Sequence record: MH051917
DNA: 64,000 bases
Source: Enterobacteria phage vB_EcoM_IME341
Strand: one strand, 5' to 3'
Below are positions 18,687 through 29,859 of this stretch, piece by piece; the first letter of the stretch is position 1; each line of letters begins with the position of its first letter. The position numbers and the translations under genes are program-made. The notes below the pieces were generated by a model. That model was given only the letters and a program-made list of their open reading frames with translations. It did not search any database and had not been told where the DNA came from.

Positions 18687-21600
18687 TTATGGTGTATCAA
18701 TCCATTCGAATTTAACAGAACGAGTTACCGGGTCAGGAACTATACGAACGTTACCAATACGTAACCAGTCACGAATGGTCAAGTTACTCATTGAAGCGTT
18801 GTCTGAAGGCAGAGCACCGATATCAGACGGTTGTGGTGGGTTACCGCCATCAAATACCTGAACAAATCCAGACCAAGCATTTTTATTTTGCTGCCAAGTA
18901 CGAGTCCAACGAGTAGTGCTTCCGTCTGCAGTATTTGGATAGGTAATCCAATCTTGGTAAAGTGAGTTCAGAGTATTACCAAACTGAGTTAACGTACCAG
19001 GCGATTTAACTTCTTCACCGCGGACCAGATACGGCAGTCCGGTTACTTCGTTGGTCTTTTCAACCATTTTAAAATAACCTGGGAACTGATTATATGTGGC
19101 TGAATCATTAACGTCAACAGACCAGAAGCCTGTATTATCTGCATCAGGTTTTCTCGAATAAAGGTCAGCAGGTTTAGTACCCTGTGAACGAATTCTAGAA
19201 TTAACAGTTAAACCACCTGAGTTTATAGTAGCACCTTTAGCAATAACAAGCCCTTCGGCAATTGTAACCTGGCCGGATGTATTATTAATAGCTAAAGGAC
19301 GCAATCCACTAAATCCGCCAGTCTGGCCTCCTGGATGGGTTAGCAAAAAATAGGTATTAGTGCCATCATTGCGAATAAGGAATCCGTAATCACCACTAAT
19401 TGCTCTAAATGCATTTGCAGACTTGCTAATGAATTCACCATTGGCTGTAACTGAACTACCAAATGTTGCAACGCCGTTAGCGTTCAAAGAACCTGAAGCG
19501 TTAACATTTATCGGCATCACAGTACCATTGATACTAAACGTTATATTCCCAGCTTTATTACGTTGAGAATAAAAGTGATTAGACGTTTCATCACCAACTT
19601 CAAATACAGTAGAACGTGTTGTATCTGAACCGCCACCATACTGGTTACCCCATACACGGATGCTCATTGACTGTGCTGGGTTAGTTCCTGTTTGAGGACC
19701 CTTTTCAAATACTATACGAGTAGCCACCCCTGTATTACGGAGGGTAAATGTACTATTAGCAGCTAAAGAACCGCCAAATTCACCGGTACCGCCTGTAGCC
19801 AACTGGCCATCCACTCTGATGTTTTTACGAAGGGTTAATGTTCCTTCAACTATTTGGTCGATATCTCTCCTGACGAACTGAGAGCTATCCAGGTTGTCCA
19901 ATTTATCGGAATCAAAAGCCTTACCTTTAATAGGAAGATAATGAGTTAACGCGGTGTTCATTTGAAGAGGAGAAATGGCAAAGCCAGCATCTTCAAAATT
20001 ATCCAGGTTAGCAACAGAACCGCTAGTATCATCACCTTCCCAAGTGGCTGTACCTGTGGTTAATTTAACATATCCTCTACGAGCAGAAGTAGCTTCCCAG
20101 GATTTTTCCTGTTGGACGATATATTTGTAATGCTTAGGACTAAACGCTTTATTACTTATCGTACCATCAATAACTTCGGCCTGAGTAGCGAGTTGGATAA
20201 TGCCTTCAGCGTTTTCGGTAGCCTTTTTAGCTTGAAGCTTAAGTGGGGTGATGATTGTTTTGTCATCGGTGCCAGTATTAACTTCAGTTTGGGTAGCCAA
20301 ACGAGCCGTACCACGTTGAGTATTACTTGCTTCTCGGATATCTAGTGTATAATGGTTCCATAAGGTTCCTGATTCAACCAAACCGCTGGCTGCTGAGACA
20401 GAAGTTCTAGCAGTATTATTAAAACGTGTTTTAATTTTCAACGGAGTTGAAATAACATTATCTAATACACCTGCATCAAATTCTACTTGAGTACCAATAC
20501 GAGCAATACCAGTTAAAGTCTCTGTAGCCTTTCTATCATTTAACGTCTTAGGCGTTACCGCACGAGTATAATCAGTTCCAGTATTAGTCTCTACTTGCGT
20601 AGCAATTTCAATTAAACCGTGATTAGTATCAGTAGCACGACGAGCACCTAATGTTTCAGGTGTGACAACCGAGTTACTAAAACCTTGGTTAGTAGCACCA
20701 GCATCAACTTCGGCTTGCGTAGCAAGATATACAGTGCCTTGGTTATTTTGGTCAGCTTTATATTGGTCCAAAGCTTTAGGAGAAATAACTAAAGTAGTTG
20801 TGTTCTTATTATAAACGTTGGTACCTACAGTTGCTCTGGAGTCCGCAGGAGTGGTTCCTGTGGTGGATACATATTTTACTATACCGGACAGGGTTTCAGT
20901 TCCCTGGCGCGTCTGTAGCTTCTTAGGAGTAATAATGGTTGTATCATCAACACCTGCATCAGTTTCCTGTTGCGTAGCAATTTCAGCTACACCACGACGA
21001 GTTTCGGTAGCAGTACGTTCGTTTAATTTCTTAGGAGAAATAATCAAATCGTCCTGGAATGCAAATCCAGTATTCTGGTTTACCTGAGCAGTTGTAGCAA
21101 TACGAGCAATACCACGACGTGATTCAGTCGCTACACGATTAGCTAAAGTCTGTGGAGTAATAGCCAGTTCTTTTTCAGGATTATTTTCATGGTCTACGTT
21201 TGCTTGGGTCTGTGACGCCAGAGCAATAACACCGAGACGAGCACGGGTTAAATCGTCCTTAGAATCCACACGTTCTACAGTAGGAACGTTCTGGGCAACA
21301 ACCCAATATTTAGCATCTGTAGCAGTGTCTTCTATATAACTCAGTTCAATAACCGGGGTATAACTCAAGTTACCATTGAAGGTCAGCACATCATTCAGAA
21401 CCCATTCAGTATCTGGTGGATATTCAGAACGTTTAGGGAACTGGAGCAATTGAACCGAAGAAGCTATTTTATCTCCTACAGCGGCCTTAATATTTACTGT
21501 CTGGGCTTTACGAAGATAGTTCAACGCTATTTTAATTGTATCGCCCTGCGCTACGTTAGTAGGTAAAGTGATATTAATAGTTTGTGGAGTCGTGTTATTA

Positions 21601-22586
21601 GGGCCAAAAACAATAACGCTTTCGTTAGCTAAGAGCTCAACATCGTCACGAATTACACGTAAACGAGTTTGACGGTCCCCGTCCCAAACATACCATAATT
21701 TTTCAACAGAGTTATAAACAAAGAATCCATCACCAGAGGTACGGAATTCCATGCTATGCTGGCCAGGCTTACCTAATGAAGACGAGGCATCAAACGTTTC
21801 GACGATTAAATGGAACTTACTTCCTAAACCATCGATATCAACGGTTTTAATCATATCACCCTGGTTTGCATACTTAGGAAGAGTAAATTTAATTACTGCA
21901 CCTGAAGTATAACGACGTAAAACATTATCGCCTGCTTGTGATTGGAACTGGGCCATGTTCGGTTCTACACGGATACCACGTTCTTCATTACCCGCTTCCC
22001 AGAAATGCCAAAGACGGTTAGCAAAGATAAGCATGTTATAAGAAAAAGGCTTAGTTATCAGGGTTTCAGAGAACTGATTACCAAAACGAACAATTTTCTG
22101 GTTACCACCGCCAGGAGCAGAACTAGATTGGACCTTGATTTCATTATAACCTACTCGTCCGCCGATATCCTTGATTACGATGGTATCACCATCAGTAGGG
22201 TTTGGAGGCAGGGTAAATGTAGTAAAGCTAGCAGCGGAATCCACCGCAATATATTCACCGGAAGCCAGCTGGCGTGTAGGAGACGCTACAGTAATCCATT
22301 TAGGGTCAGTACGGGTAGCAGTCCAATAGCCAGGAGTAAAAGTTCCTGCAGGAGCATCGATATCACGTTGAGCAACCCAGATACGTTGGTCATGGATTAC
22401 TGCAAACCCTTTCTTATATCCGCGCGTCTCGTCGTACGCCTGGATGGTGTTCTCATCTATAAAGAATTCAACGTTGACGCCATCATCTAATACATTGTAA
22501 TCGGCTTTGGCAACATTGATAACTTTCTCGCCCGCAGCATCGAGTCCGGATGTAGCACGGAATGCAGGTTTTAAAATATCAGCCAT
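18687..22586 (-). CDS. 34: gp34 proximal long tail fibre subunit
   Basis: 1299 aa; N-terminus and repeat region (RRGIARIATTAQVNQNT, RRGVAEIATQQET) and C-terminus ALPSDNA.M.NLTIRD..RIGNVRIVPDPV match recalled T4 gp34. Confidence 0.9.
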   Translation of the reverse strand: MADILKPAFRATSGLDAAGEKVINVAKADYNVLDDGVNVEFFIDENTIQAYDETRGYKKGFAVIHDQRIWVAQRDIDAPAGTFTPGYWTATRTDPKWITVASPTRQLASGEYIAVDSAASFTTFTLPPNPTDGDTIVIKDIGGRVGYNEIKVQSSSAPGGGNQKIVRFGNQFSETLITKPFSYNMLIFANRLWHFWEAGNEERGIRVEPNMAQFQSQAGDNVLRRYTSGAVIKFTLPKYANQGDMIKTVDIDGLGSKFHLIVETFDASSSLGKPGQHSMEFRTSGDGFFVYNSVEKLWYVWDGDRQTRLRVIRDDVELLANESVIVFGPNNTTPQTINITLPTNVAQGDTIKIALNYLRKAQTVNIKAAVGDKIASSVQLLQFPKRSEYPPDTEWVLNDVLTFNGNLSYTPVIELSYIEDTATDAKYWVVAQNVPTVERVDSKDDLTRARLGVIALASQTQANVDHENNPEKELAITPQTLANRVATESRRGIARIATTAQVNQNTGFAFQDDLIISPKKLNERTATETRRGVAEIATQQETDAGVDDTTIITPKKLQTRQGTETLSGIVKYVSTTGTTPADSRATVGTNVYNKNTTTLVISPKALDQYKADQNNQGTVYLATQAEVDAGATNQGFSNSVVTPETLGARRATDTNHGLIEIATQVETNTGTDYTRAVTPKTLNDRKATETLTGIARIGTQVEFDAGVLDNVISTPLKIKTRFNNTARTSVSAASGLVESGTLWNHYTLDIREASNTQRGTARLATQTEVNTGTDDKTIITPLKLQAKKATENAEGIIQLATQAEVIDGTISNKAFSPKHYKYIVQQEKSWEATSARRGYVKLTTGTATWEGDDTSGSVANLDNFEDAGFAISPLQMNTALTHYLPIKGKAFDSDKLDNLDSSQFVRRDIDQIVEGTLTLRKNIRVDGQLATGGTGEFGGSLAANSTFTLRNTGVATRIVFEKGPQTGTNPAQSMSIRVWGNQYGGGSDTTRSTVFEVGDETSNHFYSQRNKAGNITFSINGTVMPINVNASGSLNANGVATFGSSVTANGEFISKSANAFRAISGDYGFLIRNDGTNTYFLLTHPGGQTGGFSGLRPLAINNTSGQVTIAEGLVIAKGATINSGGLTVNSRIRSQGTKPADLYSRKPDADNTGFWSVDVNDSATYNQFPGYFKMVEKTNEVTGLPYLVRGEEVKSPGTLTQFGNTLNSLYQDWITYPNTADGSTTRWTRTWQQNKNAWSGFVQVFDGGNPPQPSDIGALPSDNASMSNLTIRDWLRIGNVRIVPDPVTRSVKFEWIDTP

Positions 22587-22618
22587 TTTATTTCCTTTTC
22601 GTTTTCAGGGTATAGAAC

Positions 22619-22626
22619 TATTTATA
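22619..22626 (-). promoter_or_regulatory. late promoter TATAAATA upstream of gene 34
   Basis: plus tatttata 22619-22626, about 33 nt upstream of gp34 ATG. Confidence 0.6.
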
Positions 22627-22633
22627 GCAAAGT

Positions 22634-22691
22634 GTTTACTTCTTCTAGGGTCATGATATAATGAACCTCTACACTAATTGGACAGAGGTTC
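22634..22691 (+). promoter_or_regulatory. early promoter plus 5' UTR hairpin upstream of rnh
   Basis: GTTTAC 22634-22639, TATAAT 22657-22662, spacer 17; stem gaacctct (22663-22670) / agaggttc (22684-22691). Confidence 0.6.
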
Positions 22692-22693
22692 AT

Positions 22694-23641
22694 ATGAACG
22701 ATTTAGATTTTTTACTTCCTGAAGAAGAACGTCAAAAAGATGGATTCTTGTTGTTAGACTTTAGCCAAATCATTATGGCTGCGGCATTCCAAGAATTTGG
22801 TGAAAATGCTGGATTTCCTAAAGTAACTACAGCAATGCTTCGACACCTCGTGTTGAATTCAATTAAGAAAAACATTAAAGACTTTAAAAAACAAGGTTAC
22901 AACCAACTGGTTATTTGTGTTGACAACTCTAAATCAGGTTATTGGCGACGTCGCTATTCACCTTATTATAAGAAAAACCGTGCCAAGGCTCGTGAAGAAT
23001 CATTATTTGATTGGGAAGGTTTATTTACGGCAATGCATTTGATTATTGATGAGCTTGAACATAACATGCCTTATATTGTTATGAACATCGATACTGTCGA
23101 GGCCGATGACCATATTGCTGTTTTGACTCGTATCCTTACGGCTTTAGGCCATCCGGTAATGATTGGTTCTTCGGACGGTGACTTTACTCAACTCCATAAA
23201 TTCCCTGGCGTTAAGCAATGGTCTCCAATGCAGAAAAAATTCGTTAAAACAAAAACCGGTGACTCATTACTGGATTGTGTAACTAAAGTGGTTAAAGGTG
23301 ACCGTAAAGATAACGTCGCGAGTATTAAAGTTCGTGGTGATTACTGGTTAACAATGGTTGAAGGCGAACGTACTCCTAGCACTCGTGCCAAGGAACTTGA
23401 AGCAATTGCTCTTAATTATTATGACCATGATATAATTAAAACACTTCTTACTGAAGAACAATATGAACGTTTCTGTGAAAACCAAATCTTAATTGATATG
23501 GACTTTATTCCAGATGATATTGTTGCTTTAATTACTGAAAGATATAATAACTACGTCAAACCTTCGAAATCTAAAGTTTATCCTTATTTCGTTAAATCAG
23601 GTTTGTCTAAATTAACCGCTACAGTAGCTGATTTCTATTAA
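22694..23641 (+). CDS. rnh: RNase H (FEN-1 family 5'-3' exonuclease)
   Basis: LLDFSQI..RHLVLNSIK..VICVDN.KSGYWRR..YYKKNR.KAREES.WDWEG match recalled T4 RNase H; start moved to ATG 22694 because track start lies in the promoter -10. Confidence 0.9.
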   Translation: MNDLDFLLPEEERQKDGFLLLDFSQIIMAAAFQEFGENAGFPKVTTAMLRHLVLNSIKKNIKDFKKQGYNQLVICVDNSKSGYWRRRYSPYYKKNRAKAREESLFDWEGLFTAMHLIIDELEHNMPYIVMNIDTVEADDHIAVLTRILTALGHPVMIGSSDGDFTQLHKFPGVKQWSPMQKKFVKTKTGDSLLDCVTKVVKGDRKDNVASIKVRGDYWLTMVEGERTPSTRAKELEAIALNYYDHDIIKTLLTEEQYERFCENQILIDMDFIPDDIVALITERYNNYVKPSKSKVYPYFVKSGLSKLTATVADFY

Positions 23642-23651
23642 GGTGAATATA

Positions 23652-23921
23652 ATGGCTAAAGAAAAAGTGAAAGTTGAATTCAATCAAGAAGAACATGGCA
23701 ATACCCTTGCTCAGTTGATTAAAACCGCTTCCGATACTAAATTGAAAATGGAAGCTTATGGCGACGAAATTAAAGATATCAAAGATCGTGCTAAGACTGA
23801 ACTTGGTGTAGACGGTAAAATGTTTAACCAACTGTTCTCCCTGTATCATAAAGGCACTCGTGAACGTTTCGAAGACGAAAAAACTGAAGTGGTAGAACTG
23901 TATGACACAATCTTTGAATGA
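23652..23921 (+). CDS. dsbA: DsbA dsDNA-binding late transcription enhancer
   Basis: 89 aa (same as T4 DsbA) between rnh and 33; SD aggtga. Confidence 0.55.
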   Translation: MAKEKVKVEFNQEEHGNTLAQLIKTASDTKLKMEAYGDEIKDIKDRAKTELGVDGKMFNQLFSLYHKGTRERFEDEKTEVVELYDTIFE

Positions 23922-24204
23922 TTTTGATGGAGCGGTTAATACCGCTTCCGAACCTGTCCATGTATTGGTAAACAAACAACAGAATGGCCTTGATATTGAG
24001 GCCTTTGTTGAGGCTGAAGGTTGTAGTTACCTCGAAGCGGCTACCGCATGGTTGGAAGAGAACAGCATCCCTGAAGGTAACTTTGCTCGTTATTTGCCTG
24101 CAGGAATTATTGATAAAATTATGAACGAAGCTATTGATGATAACTTGCTTCGACCTTCAATGGCTCGAACGCAAAAGACTAATACCCTGGATTTCTTGTT
24201 ATGA
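23902..24204 (+). CDS. 33: gp33 late transcription co-activator
   Basis: C-terminal SYLEA..A.LEENSIPE..FA...P.GII.KI..EAID.NLLRPS..R..KTNTLDFLL matches recalled T4 gp33. Confidence 0.85.
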   Translation: MTQSLNDFDGAVNTASEPVHVLVNKQQNGLDIEAFVEAEGCSYLEAATAWLEENSIPEGNFARYLPAGIIDKIMNEAIDDNLLRPSMARTQKTNTLDFLL

Positions 24205-24854
24205 TTAAGATTCGCATGCCACCAAACAATAACCGTATGGTGAATGGTAAGAGCGTATATTCACTATACTTAATGCTCAAACATCACTTCAATGCCAAAT
24301 ACGACGTTATAAAATATAACTGGGTCATGCGAATCTCTGATACGGCTTATCAAAAACGTCGTGACAAATATTTCTTTGAGAAATTGAGTGATAAATACAC
24401 TTTGAAAGAGCTTGCTCTTATCTTCATGAGTAACTTGGTGGCTAACCAAGACGCATGGATTGGCGACATCAGTGATGCTGACGCCTTAGTCTTTTACCGA
24501 GAATATATCGGTAGACTTAAAAGAATAAAACAAGTTTTTGAGGATGATATCAAAAACATTTATTATTTTAGTAAGAAAGTGGAAGTTCAAGCGCTTTCTG
24601 AAATTTTTGATTATAATAAAAAAGTTAACTCGAGCTATATTTTTAAGCTCCTTCAATCGAATGTGATTTCATTCGAAACGTTTATTTTGCTTGATTCATT
24701 TATGGACATAATAAATAAACATGATGAACAGACCAATGATTTAGTGTGGTCTAAGTATTCGACTAAATTAAATGCTTATAAGAAAATTCTTATAATCGAT
24801 AATTTAGAAGCTCGTAAATTGTTCATTGAAACTATCAAATCTTGTAAGTTTTAA
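24201..24854 (+). CDS. 59: gp59 helicase loader
   Basis: 217 aa; GKSVY.LYLM.K.H.N.KYDVIKYNW.MR.SD.AYQKRRDKYFF matches recalled T4 gp59. Confidence 0.9.
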   Translation: MIKIRMPPNNNRMVNGKSVYSLYLMLKHHFNAKYDVIKYNWVMRISDTAYQKRRDKYFFEKLSDKYTLKELALIFMSNLVANQDAWIGDISDADALVFYREYIGRLKRIKQVFEDDIKNIYYFSKKVEVQALSEIFDYNKKVNSSYIFKLLQSNVISFETFILLDSFMDIINKHDEQTNDLVWSKYSTKLNAYKKILIIDNLEARKLFIETIKSCKF

Positions 24855-24879
24855 TGCTTCAAACCAACTGTGTTAATAT
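24853..24879 (+). promoter_or_regulatory. MotA-dependent middle promoter for gene 32
   Basis: MotA box aaTGCTTcA (24853-24861), 12-nt gap, -10 TAATAT (24874-24879). Confidence 0.5.
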
Positions 24880-24943
24880 ACTAACTCAATCTGTTAAAAA
24901 CTGTTAATAAAATACAACTGCTAAATCTGCTAAGGTAAATAAA
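24880..24943 (+). promoter_or_regulatory. gene 32 translational operator (autoregulatory leader)
   Basis: A/U-rich leader with repeated ctgttaa / ctgctaa elements upstream of gp32 ATG, as in the T4 gp32 leader. Confidence 0.5.
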
Positions 24944-25849
24944 ATGTTTAAACGTAAAGACCCTTCCCAACTGGCTGCTCAACTGTCTGCAATGAAAGGT
25001 GGTTCTTCTTTCTCTTCCGATGATAAAGCTGAATGGAAATTGAAAGATGACAACGGTGTCGGTACTGCGGTAATTCGTTTCCTACCTTCGAAAAACGAAG
25101 AAAATCCATCTCCATTCATTAAGCTCGTTAACCACGGCTTCAAGAAAAATGGTCAATGGTACATTGAGAACTGTACGTCTACTCACGGTGATTTCGATTC
25201 ATGTCCTGTATGTAAATACATGAACCAGAATGATACCTTTAATACTAATAATGCCGAATACAAACTGATGAAACGTAAAACTTCCTTCTGGGCTAACATC
25301 CTTGTTATTAAGGATAGTGCAGTGCCTGCTAACGAAGGTAAAGTGTTTAAATTCCGTTTCGGTCAGAAAATTATGGATAAAATCAACCAGATGGTTGAAG
25401 TTGATACCGATATTGGTGAAGTGCCAGTTGACGTAACATGTCCGTTTGATGGTGCGAACTTCGTACTGAAATCTAAGAAAGTTGGCGACTTCAAGAACTA
25501 CGACGATTCCAAATTCATGGGTCAGTCTGAAATTCCTAACATCAATGATGAAGCTTACCAAGCTAAATTGATGGAAGAAATGCACGACCTTTCTAAACTG
25601 CTCGATTTCAAATCATTCGAAACTAACGAAGCTAAGTTTAAGAAAGTTGTTGGTACAGCTGCTCTTGGTGGTGCTGCCGCTAAAGCTTCTGCAGCCGCTG
25701 ATAAGATTGGTGATGACCTGGACGCATTCAGTGCAGACCTTGATGCATATGATTCCAAACCGTCTACACCAACTCGTTCCACTACTCCTGAGCCGTCAGT
25801 AAGTCCTTCTGATGACGATGGTTTGGACGACCTGTTAGCTGGTCTATAA
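24944..25849 (+). CDS. 32: gp32 single-stranded DNA-binding protein
   Basis: 301 aa as in T4; [38 protein letters not shown] zinc-binding core and acidic C-terminus. Confidence 0.95.
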   Translation: MFKRKDPSQLAAQLSAMKGGSSFSSDDKAEWKLKDDNGVGTAVIRFLPSKNEENPSPFIKLVNHGFKKNGQWYIENCTSTHGDFDSCPVCKYMNQNDTFNTNNAEYKLMKRKTSFWANILVIKDSAVPANEGKVFKFRFGQKIMDKINQMVEVDTDIGEVPVDVTCPFDGANFVLKSKKVGDFKNYDDSKFMGQSEIPNINDEAYQAKLMEEMHDLSKLLDFKSFETNEAKFKKVVGTAALGGAAAKASAAADKIGDDLDAFSADLDAYDSKPSTPTRSTTPEPSVSPSDDDGLDDLLAGL

Positions 25850-25865
25850 GTTATTGATTTATAAT

Positions 25866-25891
25866 GGGAAGACTTCGGTCTTCCCTTTTTG
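25866..25891 (+). terminator. rho-independent terminator after gene 32
   Basis: gggaagac-ttcg-gtcttccc hairpin followed by T5. Confidence 0.75.
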
Positions 25892-25901
25892 GCATTTAAT
25901 G

Positions 25902-25930
25902 GTTTACAACTCCTTTAAACATGATACTAT
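25902..25930 (+). promoter_or_regulatory. T4-type early promoter
   Basis: GTTTAC 25902-25907, TACTAT 25925-25930, spacer 17. Confidence 0.6.
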
Positions 25931-25959
25931 AGACCTATCAACTACATGAGGAAATAAAA

Positions 25960-26340
25960 ATGGAAATCGGTAAAAAATACGAACTTCGCCCTGAGCGTAT
26001 CAAAGCTTTTATTAATATTAGCCCTATCAATAATAACGATATGGTGGACATTATCCAAAACAATGGCGGTTGGTTTGAAGTGAAGGATACGATGACCTCG
26101 GATGGGGATAAATTTGTAACTAAAATCAAATGTGCAAATGGCGAGATTTTTAGTGATGATGGGTTACTAGAGAAATATTTTGAATTGCACGAAGATGAGT
26201 TCTATTGCTTCCGTGAATATTCTGAACAAGACGAAGTTGAACCTGTTACTAAGGCGGGCGTGACTCAAATCCATTGCATTGTCACCGAACAGAACGTTGA
26301 TCAAATCATTGAACTTTTGCAAAAAACTTTTAAGGCCTAA
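25960..26340 (+). CDS. hypothetical protein (paralog A of 26951..27325)
   Basis: 126 aa; shares EYFEL.E.EF..F.E and C-terminal pattern with the ORF at 26951. Confidence 0.5.
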   Translation: MEIGKKYELRPERIKAFINISPINNNDMVDIIQNNGGWFEVKDTMTSDGDKFVTKIKCANGEIFSDDGLLEKYFELHEDEFYCFREYSEQDEVEPVTKAGVTQIHCIVTEQNVDQIIELLQKTFKA

Positions 26341-26341
26341 T

Positions 26342-26602
26342 ATGACTAAAGATGATTTCCTGGATGCAGTAGAAAAAGCCAGTGAGAAATTTGAAGTGAT
26401 GGGTGTACGAGTTCATAAAGATAGAAATTATGGGCTTGATGTCCAAACGTATTCGTTATGGCTTGTAGGTGAACATAGTCTTGTAACCACTTTAGTTATG
26501 GGTGTTGATGCACAACCTTTACTAGTTAAATTCAGAAGTATGGAAAAAGCTACCAAAGAAATGATTAAACTTGGTAAATGGCTTGATAAAATTAAAAAAT
26601 AG
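26342..26602 (+). CDS. hypothetical protein
   Basis: ATG 26342 right after previous stop. Confidence 0.4.
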   Translation: MTKDDFLDAVEKASEKFEVMGVRVHKDRNYGLDVQTYSLWLVGEHSLVTTLVMGVDAQPLLVKFRSMEKATKEMIKLGKWLDKIKK

Positions 26603-26603
26603 T

Positions 26604-26638
26604 GTTTACAAGGTCTGTAGATATGATACTATAGACCT
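26604..26638 (+). promoter_or_regulatory. early promoter in stem-loop
   Basis: GTTTAC 26604-26609, TACTAT 26627-26632; stem aggtct (26611-26616) / agacct (26633-26638). Confidence 0.6.
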
Positions 26639-26664
26639 ATCAACTAATGAGTGAGGAAAATAAA

Positions 26665-26892
26665 ATGGCTAAGGTTAATATTGATATCGTTGATTTTGAA
26701 TACACTTATGAAGTTATCCGTAACCGTTATCCTTCTTTGAGTATGGCTTACATTAAAGATACTCAATTCTTTAGTATTCAAATTGAAGTCCAGGGTCCTC
26801 TTGAAGACCTTACCCGCTTTATGGCTGATGAGTATTGTGACGGTATGCATGCTGAAGACGCTGAATTTTATATGGGCTTAATTCGAGCGTAG
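26665..26892 (+). CDS. hypothetical protein
   Basis: ATG 26665 after SD gagtgaggaaaa. Confidence 0.4.
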   Translation: MAKVNIDIVDFEYTYEVIRNRYPSLSMAYIKDTQFFSIQIEVQGPLEDLTRFMADEYCDGMHAEDAEFYMGLIRA

Positions 26893-26927
26893 TATACAAA
26901 CCAACGGGAACATGATAATATGTTCCC
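26892..26927 (+). promoter_or_regulatory. early promoter with -10 in hairpin loop
   Basis: GTATAC 26892-26897; perfect 8-bp stem gggaacat (26906-26913) / atgttccc (26920-26927) around a 6-nt loop gataat (26914-26919). Confidence 0.5.
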
Positions 26928-26950
26928 TCAACAAAAATGAGGAAATTAAA

Positions 26951-27325
26951 ATGGAAACTGGTAAATTTTACGTATTAGACCCTGCTGCTAAAAAACAATT
27001 CATAGCTGGTAGTCCTGATGATAATTATAATTCATGCATGGTCAAGTTGATGGAACAACACGGCAATTCCTTCAAAGTCCTGGATATGAGTTATATTGAA
27101 GGTGATTATTTTGTTGAAAAAGTTGAAATGAAAGATGGCACTATCCTGAATAGTATGGGTGGGCCTGATGAGTACTTTGAACTCGCTGAATGGGAATTCT
27201 GTCACTTCCTGGAAGTTGATGGCGATGCCCCTGATATTGATACCCAAACCATTCATGTACAAGTCAATCACAAAAATGCCGCTGAAGTCATTGCCCTGAT
27301 TAAAGCAACTTTTGATATTCAGTAA
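26951..27325 (+). CDS. hypothetical protein (paralog B of 25960..26340)
   Basis: ATG 26951 after SD aatgaggaaatt; 124 aa. Confidence 0.5.
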   Translation: METGKFYVLDPAAKKQFIAGSPDDNYNSCMVKLMEQHGNSFKVLDMSYIEGDYFVEKVEMKDGTILNSMGGPDEYFELAEWEFCHFLEVDGDAPDIDTQTIHVQVNHKNAAEVIALIKATFDIQ

Positions 27326-27331
27326 AAAGTA

Positions 27332-27361
27332 GTGTACACCCAAATGGGGCTATGATATAAT
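27332..27361 (+). promoter_or_regulatory. T4-type early promoter
   Basis: GTGTAC 27332-27337, TATAAT 27356-27361, spacer 18. Confidence 0.55.
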
Positions 27362-27403
27362 GGTCCCATACTGAGTTAACAACTAAAACAAGCGGAGAAT
27401 AAA

Positions 27404-27652
27404 ATGAAATTACAACGTGAATCAATCAAAGATTCTGAAGTTAAAGGCAAATGGTACTTCACAATCCAAGGTAACAATCCGGAAGCTCTGGAAAAAGCTG
27501 AACAAGCTTTGTGTGAAATGGGTTGGAAAGATGAGTGTGACGGTTGTCCTCTTTATGAAGATGGTAGCTCATCTGGTTTCTGGATTCACCACTCTGATGT
27601 TGACCAATTTAAAGCTGACTGGAAAGTCGTTAAGGCAAATAAAAATGCATGA
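27404..27652 (+). CDS. hypothetical protein
   Basis: 82-aa ORF, SD gcggagaat. Confidence 0.45.
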   Translation: MKLQRESIKDSEVKGKWYFTIQGNNPEALEKAEQALCEMGWKDECDGCPLYEDGSSSGFWIHHSDVDQFKADWKVVKANKNA

Positions 27653-27835
27653 TTTATTTTTCCGCTTTTTAAGAACATGTCTTTCTGAAACAGAAAAGGA
27701 ACAGTATTCATTCCTTTCCTCTGGATGTTCCGCGGTGCGTTTGAATGAGTGTCCTAAACGTCAGATTTGGGTAATTGATTCCAAAATGTTTGAATTTCAA
27801 TATTATATGGTTAAAAAATATTTGAGGAAAATATA

Positions 27836-27836
<1 letters not shown>
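27645..27836 (+). CDS. hypothetical protein
   Basis: ATG 27645 overlapping previous stop; 63 aa. Confidence 0.3.
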
Positions 27837-28945
<1,109 letters not shown>

Positions 28946-28958
<13 letters not shown>

Positions 28959-29818
28959 TGAAACAATACCAAAATTTGATTAAAGATATCCTGGAAAATG
29001 GCTACGAAACTGACGACCGTACCGGCACCGGTACAATTGCACTGTTCGGTACTAAATTACGTTTTGATTTAACTAAAGGCTTCCCAGCGGTAACAACTAA
29101 AAAATTAGCATGGAAAGCCTGTATTGCTGAGCTCCTTTGGTTCTTGTCAGGTTCGACTAATGTTAATGACCTCAGAGAACGTACTCATGGCTCGCGTACT
29201 GAAGGTAAAACTATTTGGGACGAAAACTATGAAAATCAGGCAATTTCTCTGGGATATTCTGATGGCGAACTGGGTCCTGTGTACGGGAAACAATGGCGAG
29301 ATTTTGGTGGTGTCGACCAGGTTGTAGAAATTATTGACCGTATTAAAAAGATGCCTAATGACCGTCGTCAAATCGTATCAGCATGGAACCCGGCCGAAAT
29401 CGACCAGATGGCTCTTCCACCGTGCCACTGTTTTTACCAGTTCAACGTTCGTAATGGTCATTTAGACCTCCAATGGTATCAGCGTTCTGTTGACGTGTTC
29501 TTAGGATTGCCATTTAATATCGCCTCTTACGCCGCTCTTGTGCATATCGTAGCTAAGATGTGTAATCTTATTCCAGGTGATTTAGTGTTCTCAGGCGGCA
29601 ATACGCACATCTATTCTAACCATGTTGAACAATGCCAGGAAGTTCTTCGTCGCGAACCTAAAGAACTGTGTGAACTGGAAATTAATTGGCCTGAAGGATT
29701 CGCAAACTGGTCTACCACGTTACAACTTTATTGGGTTACAGAACGAATGAGCCACGAAGATTTTAAACTCATTGGTTACGAATCACACCCTACTATTAAG
29801 GCTAAAATGGCTGTATGA
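28946..29818 (+). CDS. td: thymidylate synthase (uninterrupted, no intron)
   Basis: 290 aa continuous ORF with conserved TS motifs (DRTGTGT, active-site region ALPPCH). Confidence 0.95.
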
Positions 29819-29859
29819 AAATTCAAATAATCTGTACTCTGTTTTTGGTTATTATGGTC

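Noticed and set aside
22661-22693. Longest-ORF start codons for rnh (22661), and similarly 26647, 26912, 43105 and 58797
   Set aside because: These ATGs fall inside the promoter -10 element or a 5' hairpin and lack an SD; downstream in-frame ATGs with SDs also match the T4 protein N-termini.
26604-26650. Recurring ~30-50 nt motif (gtttac...tatagacctatcaa) that could look like CRISPR repeats
   Set aside because: Copies are kilobases apart, each sits directly upstream of an ORF with an SD, and they match the sigma70-type early promoter consensus; there are no regularly spaced short spacers.
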